From: Paragordius varius
Lineage: Eukaryota > Animalia > Nematomorpha
Length of the DNA: 64,000 nucleotides
NCBI GenBank assembly: GCA_964247055.1
Contig: OZ176057.1
Span: 1,240,001-1,304,000, forward strand
Reading direction: 5' to 3'
The notes under the pieces are model-generated. The model ran no database searches, was not told where the DNA came from, and saw only the letters and a program-made list of their open reading frames with translations. Within the stretch, counting starts at the first letter, position 1; the number at the start of each line of letters is the position of its first letter. Positions 54,401 to 64,000 of the stretch are shown piece by piece. The position numbers and the translations under genes are program-made.

Positions 54401-57241
54401 TATTTTTTTTCGCAAATATTTAGAGGTGTCAGAAATATTGACTTATGATAAGGAAGCTTTTATGATGAGTTTGACTAAAGCGAAACGGCTTATTGGTAAG
54501 TAATTTATTAATTAATATATTATAATTTTTTAGGAATTTAAAATTATTGTATCATTAAAATATATTTTTTTACATTTACATCAAACATAAAATAAGATCA
54601 ACATTATAAAGCTAGCAATGATCAAAATGTGCAAAATGAAAATAATCCAACTGTCACGTGGACGTCTACTTCTCAACCAATAAAAATAGGCACCTCACTT
54701 GACCAACAACAAACTTATCAACCAATCAAATCAGACAGCACTGATCTTCAAGATCAATCAATCAATTTAATCAAAACACAAGCGCATGACCCAAAAGTCA
54801 CGTGTCCATCTCTGGCATCTCAACCAATCGAAAAAGGAACCGATTCACAGAATTTTTTAAACTCCTCTTGTCCTTACCCCGAATTTATATTTTTGGGGAC
54901 GGGTAGTGCTGTACCCAACAAGACTCGTAACGTGAGTGCCATATGGTGTAATTTGCGCGGGAAAAATGACTACATAAATCATAATGTAACTAACAATGAA
55001 ACTAATAATATTAAGATTAATACAACAAATAATGTAATTAATGTAACCAATAATGAAATTAATGTAACCAATAATGAAATTAATGATGTTAATGAGACCA
55101 AGAATGAAATTAATGTTACCAAGAATGAAATTTATGTAACCAATAATGAAATTAATGTAACCAATAATGAGATTAATACAACAAATAATGAAATTAATGT
55201 TACTAATAATCAAATTAATGTTACTAATAATAATATTAATGAAACTAACAATTGTAAGATTAATACAACAAATAATGAAATTAATGTGAACAATAATGAA
55301 ATTAATGAGATTTCAATGCTTTTGGATTGTGGAGAAGGTACTTTTGGACAAATGGTGCGATTTTTTGGATTCTTAAATCAAAAATCAGAAAAGAATGGTA
55401 ATTTTTATTATTTTATTAATATTTATTTATGATTTTATTTTACTTTTATTATAATAAACTATGTGTTGATTACACTAGACAACAAATAACTTTTTTTAAA
55501 ATTTAAAATTAATTTCATTAAAGTACATAATTAGTATATCTGAAAAGAAAATTGGTCTTACATGGAAGAATTTTTTTATATTAGATTTTAGTTATAATTT
55601 TTGGCCCCGATTTAACATTAAACTCGAAATTTCAAAAATTTAATGGTTTAGATATGAAGCCATGTTTTTTATATCATTCGAAAGAGCGCAAAAAACTGCA
55701 TCTTTTAAATGGTAGGAAGTCATTTAAATCAATCGGATGTAAAAGTTATTTGGATTTAAATGGTAGAAATTTTCAATGCTTAAATAAGTCAAGAATTTTC
55801 ACAGACAAACTAATTTGAAAATCATATAAATTATATAAATATAATTATTAGGGTTATATTTGTATTTAATTTAAAAAAAAATGTTTGGAAAAGCTTTTGG
55901 TTTGCTTTTTTAATAAAAATTATTATCATAAATATTTTACCTAGTGGATACTAAAATGCATAGTTATAACTGTAAATTTATTACATATTGGCTATAAAAG
56001 ATCAAAAATACCTTAAACTTTGTTTTTATCTTTAAAATTTTGAAATTATCAGCCTTGTAAAGAAAATAAATTAATATTGATGAGATGGTAATTTTTAAAA
56101 AACAAAATACTTAAATATGGCTGTTTTGAATGACATAAAAGCAATAAAAAATGTTTTAATCAAAAAAACTTTCTTGTGTTATTTTTTTAGGACTTCATCT
56201 CCATCTTAAGAAAATTTGAGCTATTTTCATCCATAAGTTTTAAAAATATAATAATTAAAAAAAATGCTCTCGCTTCGCGCGTTTGTCGCTCTTTGTGTCT
56301 AATATTAACGGTCGATGTAATACATATTAGTATACATCTTATAGAGTTTTTAATACTCCAAAGAAAAACATTTTTTAGTAAAATTTTGATAAAGAGGGCG
56401 CATAATCAAAAAAATCAAATTATACAAAATTCTTCCAACGAGTTATAATTTTTATTTCAGATTTACTGTTAAAATGATATTAAATATCAAAAAATGCAAA
56501 AAACTGGAATGGCAGAAAAATTTGTTGTCTAGTGTTATTAGTTTATCTTTTTGATAATTTAAGGTACTATAAATGTTTGATAGAAAAATAAATCTTAATA
56601 TAACACATTTTTTTTAATATAAAAATTTTAATTCGAATATAAATCATATTAAATTTATGTTCATTTTGTATTTAGCTATTATATTAAATAAAAAGTACAA
56701 AAATTAGTTTATTTATTCTTTTTTATATAAAAAATAATTTTTTGCTTTTTTTTATTTATATTTTGAAAAATAGAAAAAAATTATCAACTTTACCCTAGTT
56801 ATTGTCAAACACATATGGATAATGCCCAAATTAATAGAATGTTAAATCAGCTGATCTGCATATATATCAGCCATCTTCATGCCGACCATCATCTGGGTCT
56901 TTTACAATTCATTATGTATGAAATTATTATTGATATTTTTATTTAAAATAATTAATTTTTATTATTTATACATAGTTTAAATTTTTTGGTTTCTATAAAA
57001 TTTTTTATATATATTTATAGCTTTATAAATTAAAAATTATTATAAAAATAAATTATTTTTTTTGATAAGTTTCTTCATAAAAAGTTTTTATAGTTAGTTA
57101 ATTAGTATATTAAATATTATTTATTTTATTTAATGGTTAATTATAAACATAGACGCAATTTTTTAAAAATGTATGTTATAAATCAAAAAACATTAATAAA
57201 TTATCCAATATGGGTTTTTTTGTCATTTTTAAAATAATTTT

Positions 57242-57305
<64 letters not shown>

Positions 57306-60300
57306 AATTCACCCTTGATCAATTCAAATTCACCCCTTAAACAATTCAATTCATCCTATTATCTGTTGTGTTATTTGGTAACATAACTTATCATTAATAT
57401 AAAATACATCTTTATGGCAAATAATTTATTATTTATTTCAGTATTATTTTATTTATTTTATGCAAAATTTTATTTTATTTTTTAATTTAAAAAAATATAG
57501 GTAATTTTTAATATTGAAAATACATAATTATTTTAGGGTGAATTTAATTTGTTGGGGGGTGAAATTTGACTTGTTTAAGGGTGAATTCGAATTGATCAAA
57601 GGTTGAACTGTTCAAGGGTGAATTGAATTGTTCAAGAATAAATTTGAATTGTTCAAGGGTGAATTTGAATTGGCAAGGGTGAATTTGAATTGTTCAGGGG
57701 TGATTTATATTGTTTATGGGTGATTTTAAAATTCAAGAGTTAAATTAAATTGTTTGAGGGTGAATTTTAATTGTTCAAAAGGTGAATTTGAATCGTTCAA
57801 GGGTGAATTTGAATTGTTTAAGGGTGAATTTGAATTGTCAAGGGTGAATTCGAATTATTTAAGGGTGAATTTTTAATTATTTAAGGGTGAATTTGAATTG
57901 TTTAAGGGTGAATTTTTTAATTGTTTAAAGGTGAATTTGAATTGTTCGAGGGTGAATTTGAATTGTTTGGGTTGATTTTGAATTGTTCGAGGGTGATTTT
58001 AAATTGTTTAAGGGTGAATTTTTAATTATTTAAGGGTGAATTTGAATTTAAGGGTGACAATTTGAGGTATAAATGGTATATATTAATTTTTGCTTTGCCC
58101 TATTTATTTAGTGAACGGAAAAAAATATTTAAAAACAATAATATTAATAATGAAAAAATACTAATAATTGGTCCGAAATCCTTACTTAATTTTTATCGAC
58201 CCTACAGTGAGAAACATGAAGAAATTATGTCAGAAATAGAGTATATTTATTATTAACTTATTTTTCATTTATTTTTTATTTTAAAATTAATTTATTTTAA
58301 AATTATTTTATTTATATATATATATATATTTATTTATTTTGAATATATATATATATATATATATATAAATGTATTGAATATATAGTTAAATTATTTTTTA
58401 AAACTTTTAATTAATTTATTTATACAATAGTTATTTTTTTTAAGTAAAATATATAAAAATTAAATTATTTAAATAATATTAAATATATATAAATATTTAT
58501 ATATAATATTAGATTTATACCTATACACTATTTGGTTCATAATTCAAAACATTATGAAACAACGGCTGATTACATTTGTGGGAAATTAAATTTAAAATAT
58601 GTAATTTTTTTATATTAAATATATATATATATATATATATATTTGTCATGAATGTTTTAATTAATTTTTTTAATTCTTTAAATATTTATATATTAATAAT
58701 ATTTTTTTAATATTTTTAAAAATAATATTGTTATTAATTGAAAAATTGGCAAATTCTGTTTTCATTTTATTTTATTTTAATAATTGTTTTTATTAACTAT
58801 ATTTTTGTTTAATTTATTTGATTATTTTTATTTATATTTTTTTTTGTAAAATTAATATTTTTCTATTGTTAAATAATAATAATAATTAATAATAATATTT
58901 AGAAATGAAATATTTATAAATAAATAGTATAATATAATCCGGAAATTTTATATATTTTAAATATATATATATATATTAATTTTCCTAAAATATATACTTA
59001 TTGGTGTTTTAAATTAATTATTTTTTGAAGATTGAAACAGTTTCAGTTTATCATTACAAGCAACCGTATGGCCTTATTTTTGTCACGGAAAATGGTATAT
59101 TTTTAATTTTTTTTGAAATTTTTTTTGAAATTTTTTTATTTTTTTTTAATTTTTTCTAAATTTTTATAATTTTATTATTTTTTTTATTTTTTTTTTAATT
59201 TTTTTTACTTATTTTATAATTTCAATTTTTATAAATATATAGAGATTAATTAAAAAAGGATAATAATAATAATAAAAATTTAATATAATTTATTAAAATT
59301 TGTTCTAACTTTTATTTTTTTGTGGTTTTTCCAGCTGTTTTATAAGAACGATCATCTCAATTTAAAAAATTTTAAATAAAATTAATTCTTTCCATTATAT
59401 TAAATTAAAATAATTAAACAAAAAAAATATTTTTTCACATTTTTTTATGTTTTTCTTAATTTTTTTGTGATTTAATTTAATAAAGTTAAATGTCTTTCCA
59501 ATGAAAAAATTTATTTGATAATTTCTGATGTCGGTTTGCATTAAAATATGGCAAAATATATATTTTATCATATAAAAAAATAATTGAAATTTATTTGAAA
59601 TATATAATTTATATTTTATAAAAACTATAAATTAAATTTTATTTATTGATAAATTAAATAAATTTTATATTTTTAAAAAAAATAGATCGTAAAATAGTGT
59701 ATTCGGGAGATACCCTACCCTGTGAAACTCTAATAAACCGAGCCCAAAAAAGTTACCTCCGATCACCTGTTTCACTTTTAATCCACGAGGCAACCATGGA
59801 AAATGATTTGATCCAAGAAGCCTTTAAAAAACGCCACAGGTTTTTTTTATATTCTAAATTTTATAATTTAATGGAAAAAATTTAATTATAAATATATATT
59901 TATACAATAAAAATTAAGATAAAACGTGAATATTGAAATACATATATTTTTTATGTATTATTATAAAATCTTTATTTTTAAACAACCAATCTTGATCAAA
60001 TTTTTAATTATACAATATATGCATTTTGATGGTTGCTTATTTCACACTATAGAGTATTGGGTAATTTGAAGAACACAACAGTAGTGTATGAAAAAAACAA
60101 CATAACGTTTAATAAAACAATTTTTCTTTCCTTTATATTAGTCTCTATTTATTTTATTTTCAATATATTGTTATTTTTTTCCATATATTACTGTTGTATC
60201 GCAAATCACCTAATATATAGTATAAAATAAACAATCATTATAAAATGCATACTGTAAATCACCGTTTTGCGTTTTCTATGCAATAGACAATATTAACTTA

Positions 60301-62554
60301 TAATATCTAATTATTATATATATATATATATATATACCATTTACAATTCAAATTCACACTTAACCAATTCAAAATTACCCTTAAGCAATTCAAATTCACC
60401 CTTGAACAATTCAAATTCACCCTCAAATAAAATATATGTTTTTTAAGATCAAAAAGATGAGTATTTTTATATATTTTTAACAAATAAAATTTTGGTTTTA
60501 TATTTAAATAATACTGAAAAAATAATAAAATTTACCAAAAACATATATCATATTAATAATGAGTTATATTAGACCGAAGTTTTATAATTTATTTTTAGGG
60601 TGAATTTGAATTGTTCAATGGTGAATTTGAATTGTTCAAGGGTGAATATGAATTGTTCAAGGGTGAATTTGAATTGTTAAAGGGTGAATTTGAATTGTTT
60701 AAGGGTGAATTTGAACTGTAAATGGTATATATATATTTATACAATAAAAATTAAGATAAAACGTAAATATTAAAATACATATATATATTATGTATTATTA
60801 TAAAATCTATATTTTTTGAAAACCAATCTTGATCACATTTTTTTATTATAGAGTATATTCATTTCAATGATTACTTATTTCACACTATAGAATTGGGTAA
60901 TTAAAACACAACAGTAGTGTATGGAAAAAAACAAAAACATAAAGTTGAATAAACAATTTTTGCTTTCATTTACTTAACATTACATTCTGTTTATTTTATT
61001 TTGAATATTTTGTTGTTTTTTTCCATATATTACTGTTGTGTCGCAAATTTCCTAATATTTAGTATGAAATAAACAACCATTATAAAATGCATACTGTTGT
61101 AAATAATCGTTTTACGTTTATAGAAATTGACTTTTAATATCAAATTATTAATATATATATATAAATATACCATTTACAGTTCAAATTCACCCTTAAACAA
61201 TTCAAATTTACCCTCGAACAATTCAAATTCACCCTCTCAAATAAAATATATGTTTTTTAAGATTAAAAATTACCAATATTTTTATATATTTTTAATAAAT
61301 CAAAATTTGGTTTTAAATTAAAATAATACTGAAAAAATAAAATTTACCAAAAACATATATTTAATTTAATGATGAGTTAGTTATATTAGACCGAAGTTTT
61401 ATAATTTATTTTTAGGGTGAATTTGAATTGTTTAAGGGTGAATTTGAATTGTTCGAGGGTGAATTTGAATTGTTCAAGAAGGGTGAATTTGAACTGTAAA
61501 TGGTATATAATTTGAATGGTTTTTGAAAAGTTAGTGGTTAAAATGAAAAAATATTTGTCTTTACCTATTTTCTATGTATAGTTTCAATAAATAATTTTTA
61601 ACGATATTTTATTTAATTGATTTTTATGTGAATTATTTAGCACTGTAGATCAAGCTATTCAAGTCGGTCAAAATATGGGGTCAAAATTTACCCTATTAAC
61701 GCATTTCAGTCAACGATATAGTAAAATCCCTATGTTACCTTTAACACAAAATAATGCAAATACAAATATTCGTGAACATTTGAAAAATAACGCAAATATT
61801 GTCAAAAATATGAATAACCCAAACAATAATGGCGAAATTTCAATAAAATCTAGTCAAATACCGCCACGTATAACTGATAGCAATTGTAAAAATGTTGGTA
61901 TTGCCTTTGATAATATGAGGGTATATATATATATACAATAATATTCATTTTTACAGTAAAAATGAGTATATCCATATAAAGACAAATGTGTAAAAAGTAA
62001 AAGGCGACAATTTGAAAGATAATTATCATATTTTTGAAACATATATATATATATGTTTCAAAATTAACACTTATAATTTTGGATTACAATATAATAGAGA
62101 GTTGTGATGTAAATTGGTTTTATATATATAATTAAATATTATTTACATTTTAATTATTAAAATTTTTTTCAAAAGACAATCATACTTTCTTTTTAAACCT
62201 TACACATCTCTTATATATTTGAATCCAAAACTTATGGTTGGTTGGTTGTCTTTTGAAAAAAAAACATATTTGGCTTTTTGTCTGTCTATCATAATATTTT
62301 TTTTACAGTAAGGATAAAAAAAATTATTTTTTTACCTTTTAATTTAAATATTGACTCTCTAATTTTGTTTAATTTAGTTAAAAATATTTTTTATAGTTCT
62401 ATATCCTACATCCTAGGTGTCATTTAATGAATTAGAAACTTTGCCATACTTGTTGGAGCCACTGGGGTATTTATTTGCCCCTGAAATTGCTGATATGAAA
62501 TTAAGAACTAGTCGCCTTATAACACGAAAAAATAATTGTGATTCAGAAATTTAA
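45491..62554 (+). CDS. ELAC2: tRNase Z, long form (RNase Z / ELAC2 orthologue), 17 exons
   Basis: In-phase exons: 45491-45720, 46184-46257, 46613-46780, 47114-47454, 47857-47979, 48935-49103, 51283-51367, 53738-54198, 54424-54495, 54597-55397, 56774-56915, 58112-58240, 58513-58600, 59031-59094, 59686-59839, 61641-61920, 62417-62554. Motifs: YMFNVGEGIQR, flexible-arm KPG...LKNG.DITLDDG, FLGTGSAVPNKTRNVS (PxKxRN), LLDCGEGT, SHLHADHHLG (motif II), YSGDT, HEAT, HST, THFSQRY. Confidence 0.97.
49114..50946. mobile_element. MITE family B: family-A-related element with a very large left-arm 21-bp array, in ELAC2 intron 6
   Basis: Left terminus tatcatttgcac and right terminus caatggta|tata resemble family A ends. 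The array of ttgaacatttcaagttggtcc runs about 49125-50520, and a few inverted units lie at 50881-50925. Confidence 0.7.
49125..50520. repeat. 21-bp minisatellite with higher-order structure
   Basis: Unit ttgaacatttcaagttggtcc (period 21, checked at 50381/50402/50423/50444). A diagnostic variant block recurs near 49210, 49621, 50033 and 50253, giving higher-order repeats of about 411 bp. Confidence 0.95.
52088..52560. mobile_element. MITE family G copy with an internal tandem duplication
   Basis: The block aaatcttgatt...gaaatagagttataaatta...aaatagcttatatgggaaaa...gataaaaatatttgtctttata occurs twice (about 52160-52345 and 52355-52530); right end tttttactg|ta. Confidence 0.7.
52635..52952. mobile_element. 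MITE family A, decayed copy
   Basis: tataccat... left end, conserved core, gggtgaatttgaattgatggta right end. Confidence 0.7.
53099..53671. mobile_element. MITE family A with an expanded right arm
   Basis: ccatttacagttcaaattcaccc left end; more than 10 units of gggtgaatttgaattgttcaa at about 53315-53660; aaatggta right end. Confidence 0.9.
54975..55315 (+). repeat. Coding 21-bp minisatellite, (NNEINVT)n, within ELAC2 exon 10
   Basis: Unit aataatgaaattaatgtaacc, in frame, between AIWCNLRGK and ISMLLDCGEG. Confidence 0.93.
57250..57302. repeat. (TA)n microsatellite
   Basis: Long TA run directly abutting a family A element. Confidence 0.95.
57303..58078. mobile_element. MITE family A with the largest right-arm expansion
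   Basis: The left arm starts inside (TA)n; more than 20 degenerate 21-bp units at about 57535-58060; ends aaatggta|ta just before ELAC2 exon 12. Confidence 0.9.
60335..60727. mobile_element. MITE family A, full copy
   Basis: taccatttaca...tgtaaatggta in (TA)n; period 21 checked at 60601/60622/60643/60664. Confidence 0.92.
61168..61505. mobile_element. MITE family A, full copy
   Basis: taccatttacagttcaaattcaccc ... gggtgaatttgaactgtaaatggta. Confidence 0.92.
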
Positions 62555-63266
62555 CGAAAAAAAGAAAGAAAAAGCACTTTTTAAAACTTATATCGTCTCT
62601 GGACTCAAAAGTTAAAAATGCTCAAGTTTTGAATATCTTCTGAATTATATCTGTTTGTATTTGATTTTATTGATGAAAATAATTGAATTATATAATTAGA
62701 ATGCAATCAAAATGTGTATAATTTACTTTTTATAAATATTTATACATATATATATATTGTTTTTTAATTTTACAATTAATTTTATCTGCGCTAAATTTTT
62801 TCATTAGGACCGACCATCAGCTCATTTTGGGTTTTTTAGAATATGATTAATTCATCGTAATCTGCTTTGTTAATTGTTGCCATTGTAATATCCCTGAATT
62901 ATACAAAATATAAATGTTAACTAAAATCAACTGTATTTTTTGGGGTTTATATGCGCTTCGTTAAAAGTACATAACTAGAGAGAATACATTAGGATACGAT
63001 TGTGCGTTAAATTTTGTTAAGTTTTGATTGGAAAAGAAATATTTTACGATTTTTTAAAGTAAAATTCCGAACCCAAAACAGGATGGATTATTTTAAAAAT
63101 ATTGGTGGAAAATACGAATGAAGATATTTAAAATATGGCATTAAATTTAGACATCATGTAGGTCATTTATTAAAGTAAAAAGCTTTGTGCGAAAACTTGA
63201 CATTTTTATACATATATATTTATTTCAATTTTACCTTATTCAGGATTTATGTATCAAACTTATATA

Positions 63267-63561
63267 TACCATTTAGAGTTTAAATTTAACCTCCAACATT
63301 TCGAATTCACACTTAAAATAAGTTGTGTTTTTTAAAAATAATAATACCTATATTTATTTATATTTTTAAAAAAAATAAAATTTCGTTTAAAATTATATAA
63401 TACCTAAAAAATAATAAACTAAACCACAAAAATATATTTCATACTAATGATGAGGTTTATTAGCCCGAAAACACATAATTTATTTTCAGGGTGAATTGGA
63501 ATTGTTAAAAGTTCGAGGGTGAATTTGAATTGTTCAAGGGTAATTTGAATTGTAAATGCTA
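63267..63561. mobile_element. MITE family A, diverged copy downstream of ELAC2
   Basis: taccatttagag left end, conserved core, 21-bp units, tgtaaatgcta right end. Confidence 0.8.
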
Positions 63562-64000
63562 TATAATAAACTTTCGTCGTTACCCACATTCAATTTTTGA
63601 TATGTCTTAAGACATTTCATATTTTTTTCAAGAATATTTGGCTCTAAATTAATATTAAGGCCGAAATTCATTTTAAATTTATCAAACTAATTATTTTAAA
63701 GGGTATAACTAAAATTTTAGATGGTATAGGTTATACAAACAAAGTAATGTATAAATTGTATACACTCATTATGTTAATTCTTTAAAATATAGGAAAGAGC
63801 AAATTCCAAAAAAATTGTTAATTTTTCTTTCATATAAAATTTTAAGGACAAAACTTGATTTTAAACGATAATAATTGAAAGTAAGATATATTTTGTCTTG
63901 ATTATACATAAAACCAAAATCATAATTGACTTACTTAGTTACCAATTTACATCTTTGTTCTTTATAACTTTTTATAAGCTTTGTTTGTCAATATAGTCTG

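Larger units (their letters stand above)
59894..61505. repeat. Tandem duplication of about 0.8 kb in ELAC2 intron 15, each unit ending in a family A MITE
   Basis: atatatttatacaataaaaattaagataaaacgt starts at 59894 and 60731; MITEs lie at 60335-60727 and 61168-61505. Confidence 0.85.

Noticed and set aside
54857-55213. 118-aa minus-strand Ile/Asn-rich ORF
   Set aside because: It is the antisense shadow of the ELAC2 coding minisatellite.
56191-56237. Extra ELAC2 exon between exons 10 and 11
   Set aside because: It has a stop codon in the required phase, and exon 10 (phase 1) joins 56774 directly in frame.

Overview
Very AT-rich, intron-rich eukaryotic (animal-like, probably invertebrate) genomic DNA; no prokaryotic features and no CRISPR array. 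Spliced genes built by hand from GT-AG sites and codon phase: (1) an Asn/Ser-rich gene from 2793 (+) with a Nup50/Nup2-like central motif, possibly continuing into a six-exon block at 16101-19631; (2) histone H3.3 (-, 3 coding exons, 29228-31096); (3) a small BTB/POZ-only protein (+, 37705-41477); (4) tRNase Z long form ELAC2 (+, 17 exons, 45491-62554), with an in-frame 21-bp/7-aa Asn-rich repeat inside its catalytic domain. The rest is mostly mobile DNA: decayed non-LTR retrotransposons (one APE remnant, two RTE RT remnants), hAT elements (two with perfect 8-bp TSDs), piggyBac-like and Tc1/mariner-like MITEs, Helitron-like repeats, and a TA-targeting MITE family with variable arrays of a 21-bp unit. 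The best non-coding find is a complete minimal type I hammerhead ribozyme at 42122-42187, about 650 nt downstream of the BTB gene stop on the same strand. Boundaries of decayed repeats are approximate and no database searches were run.
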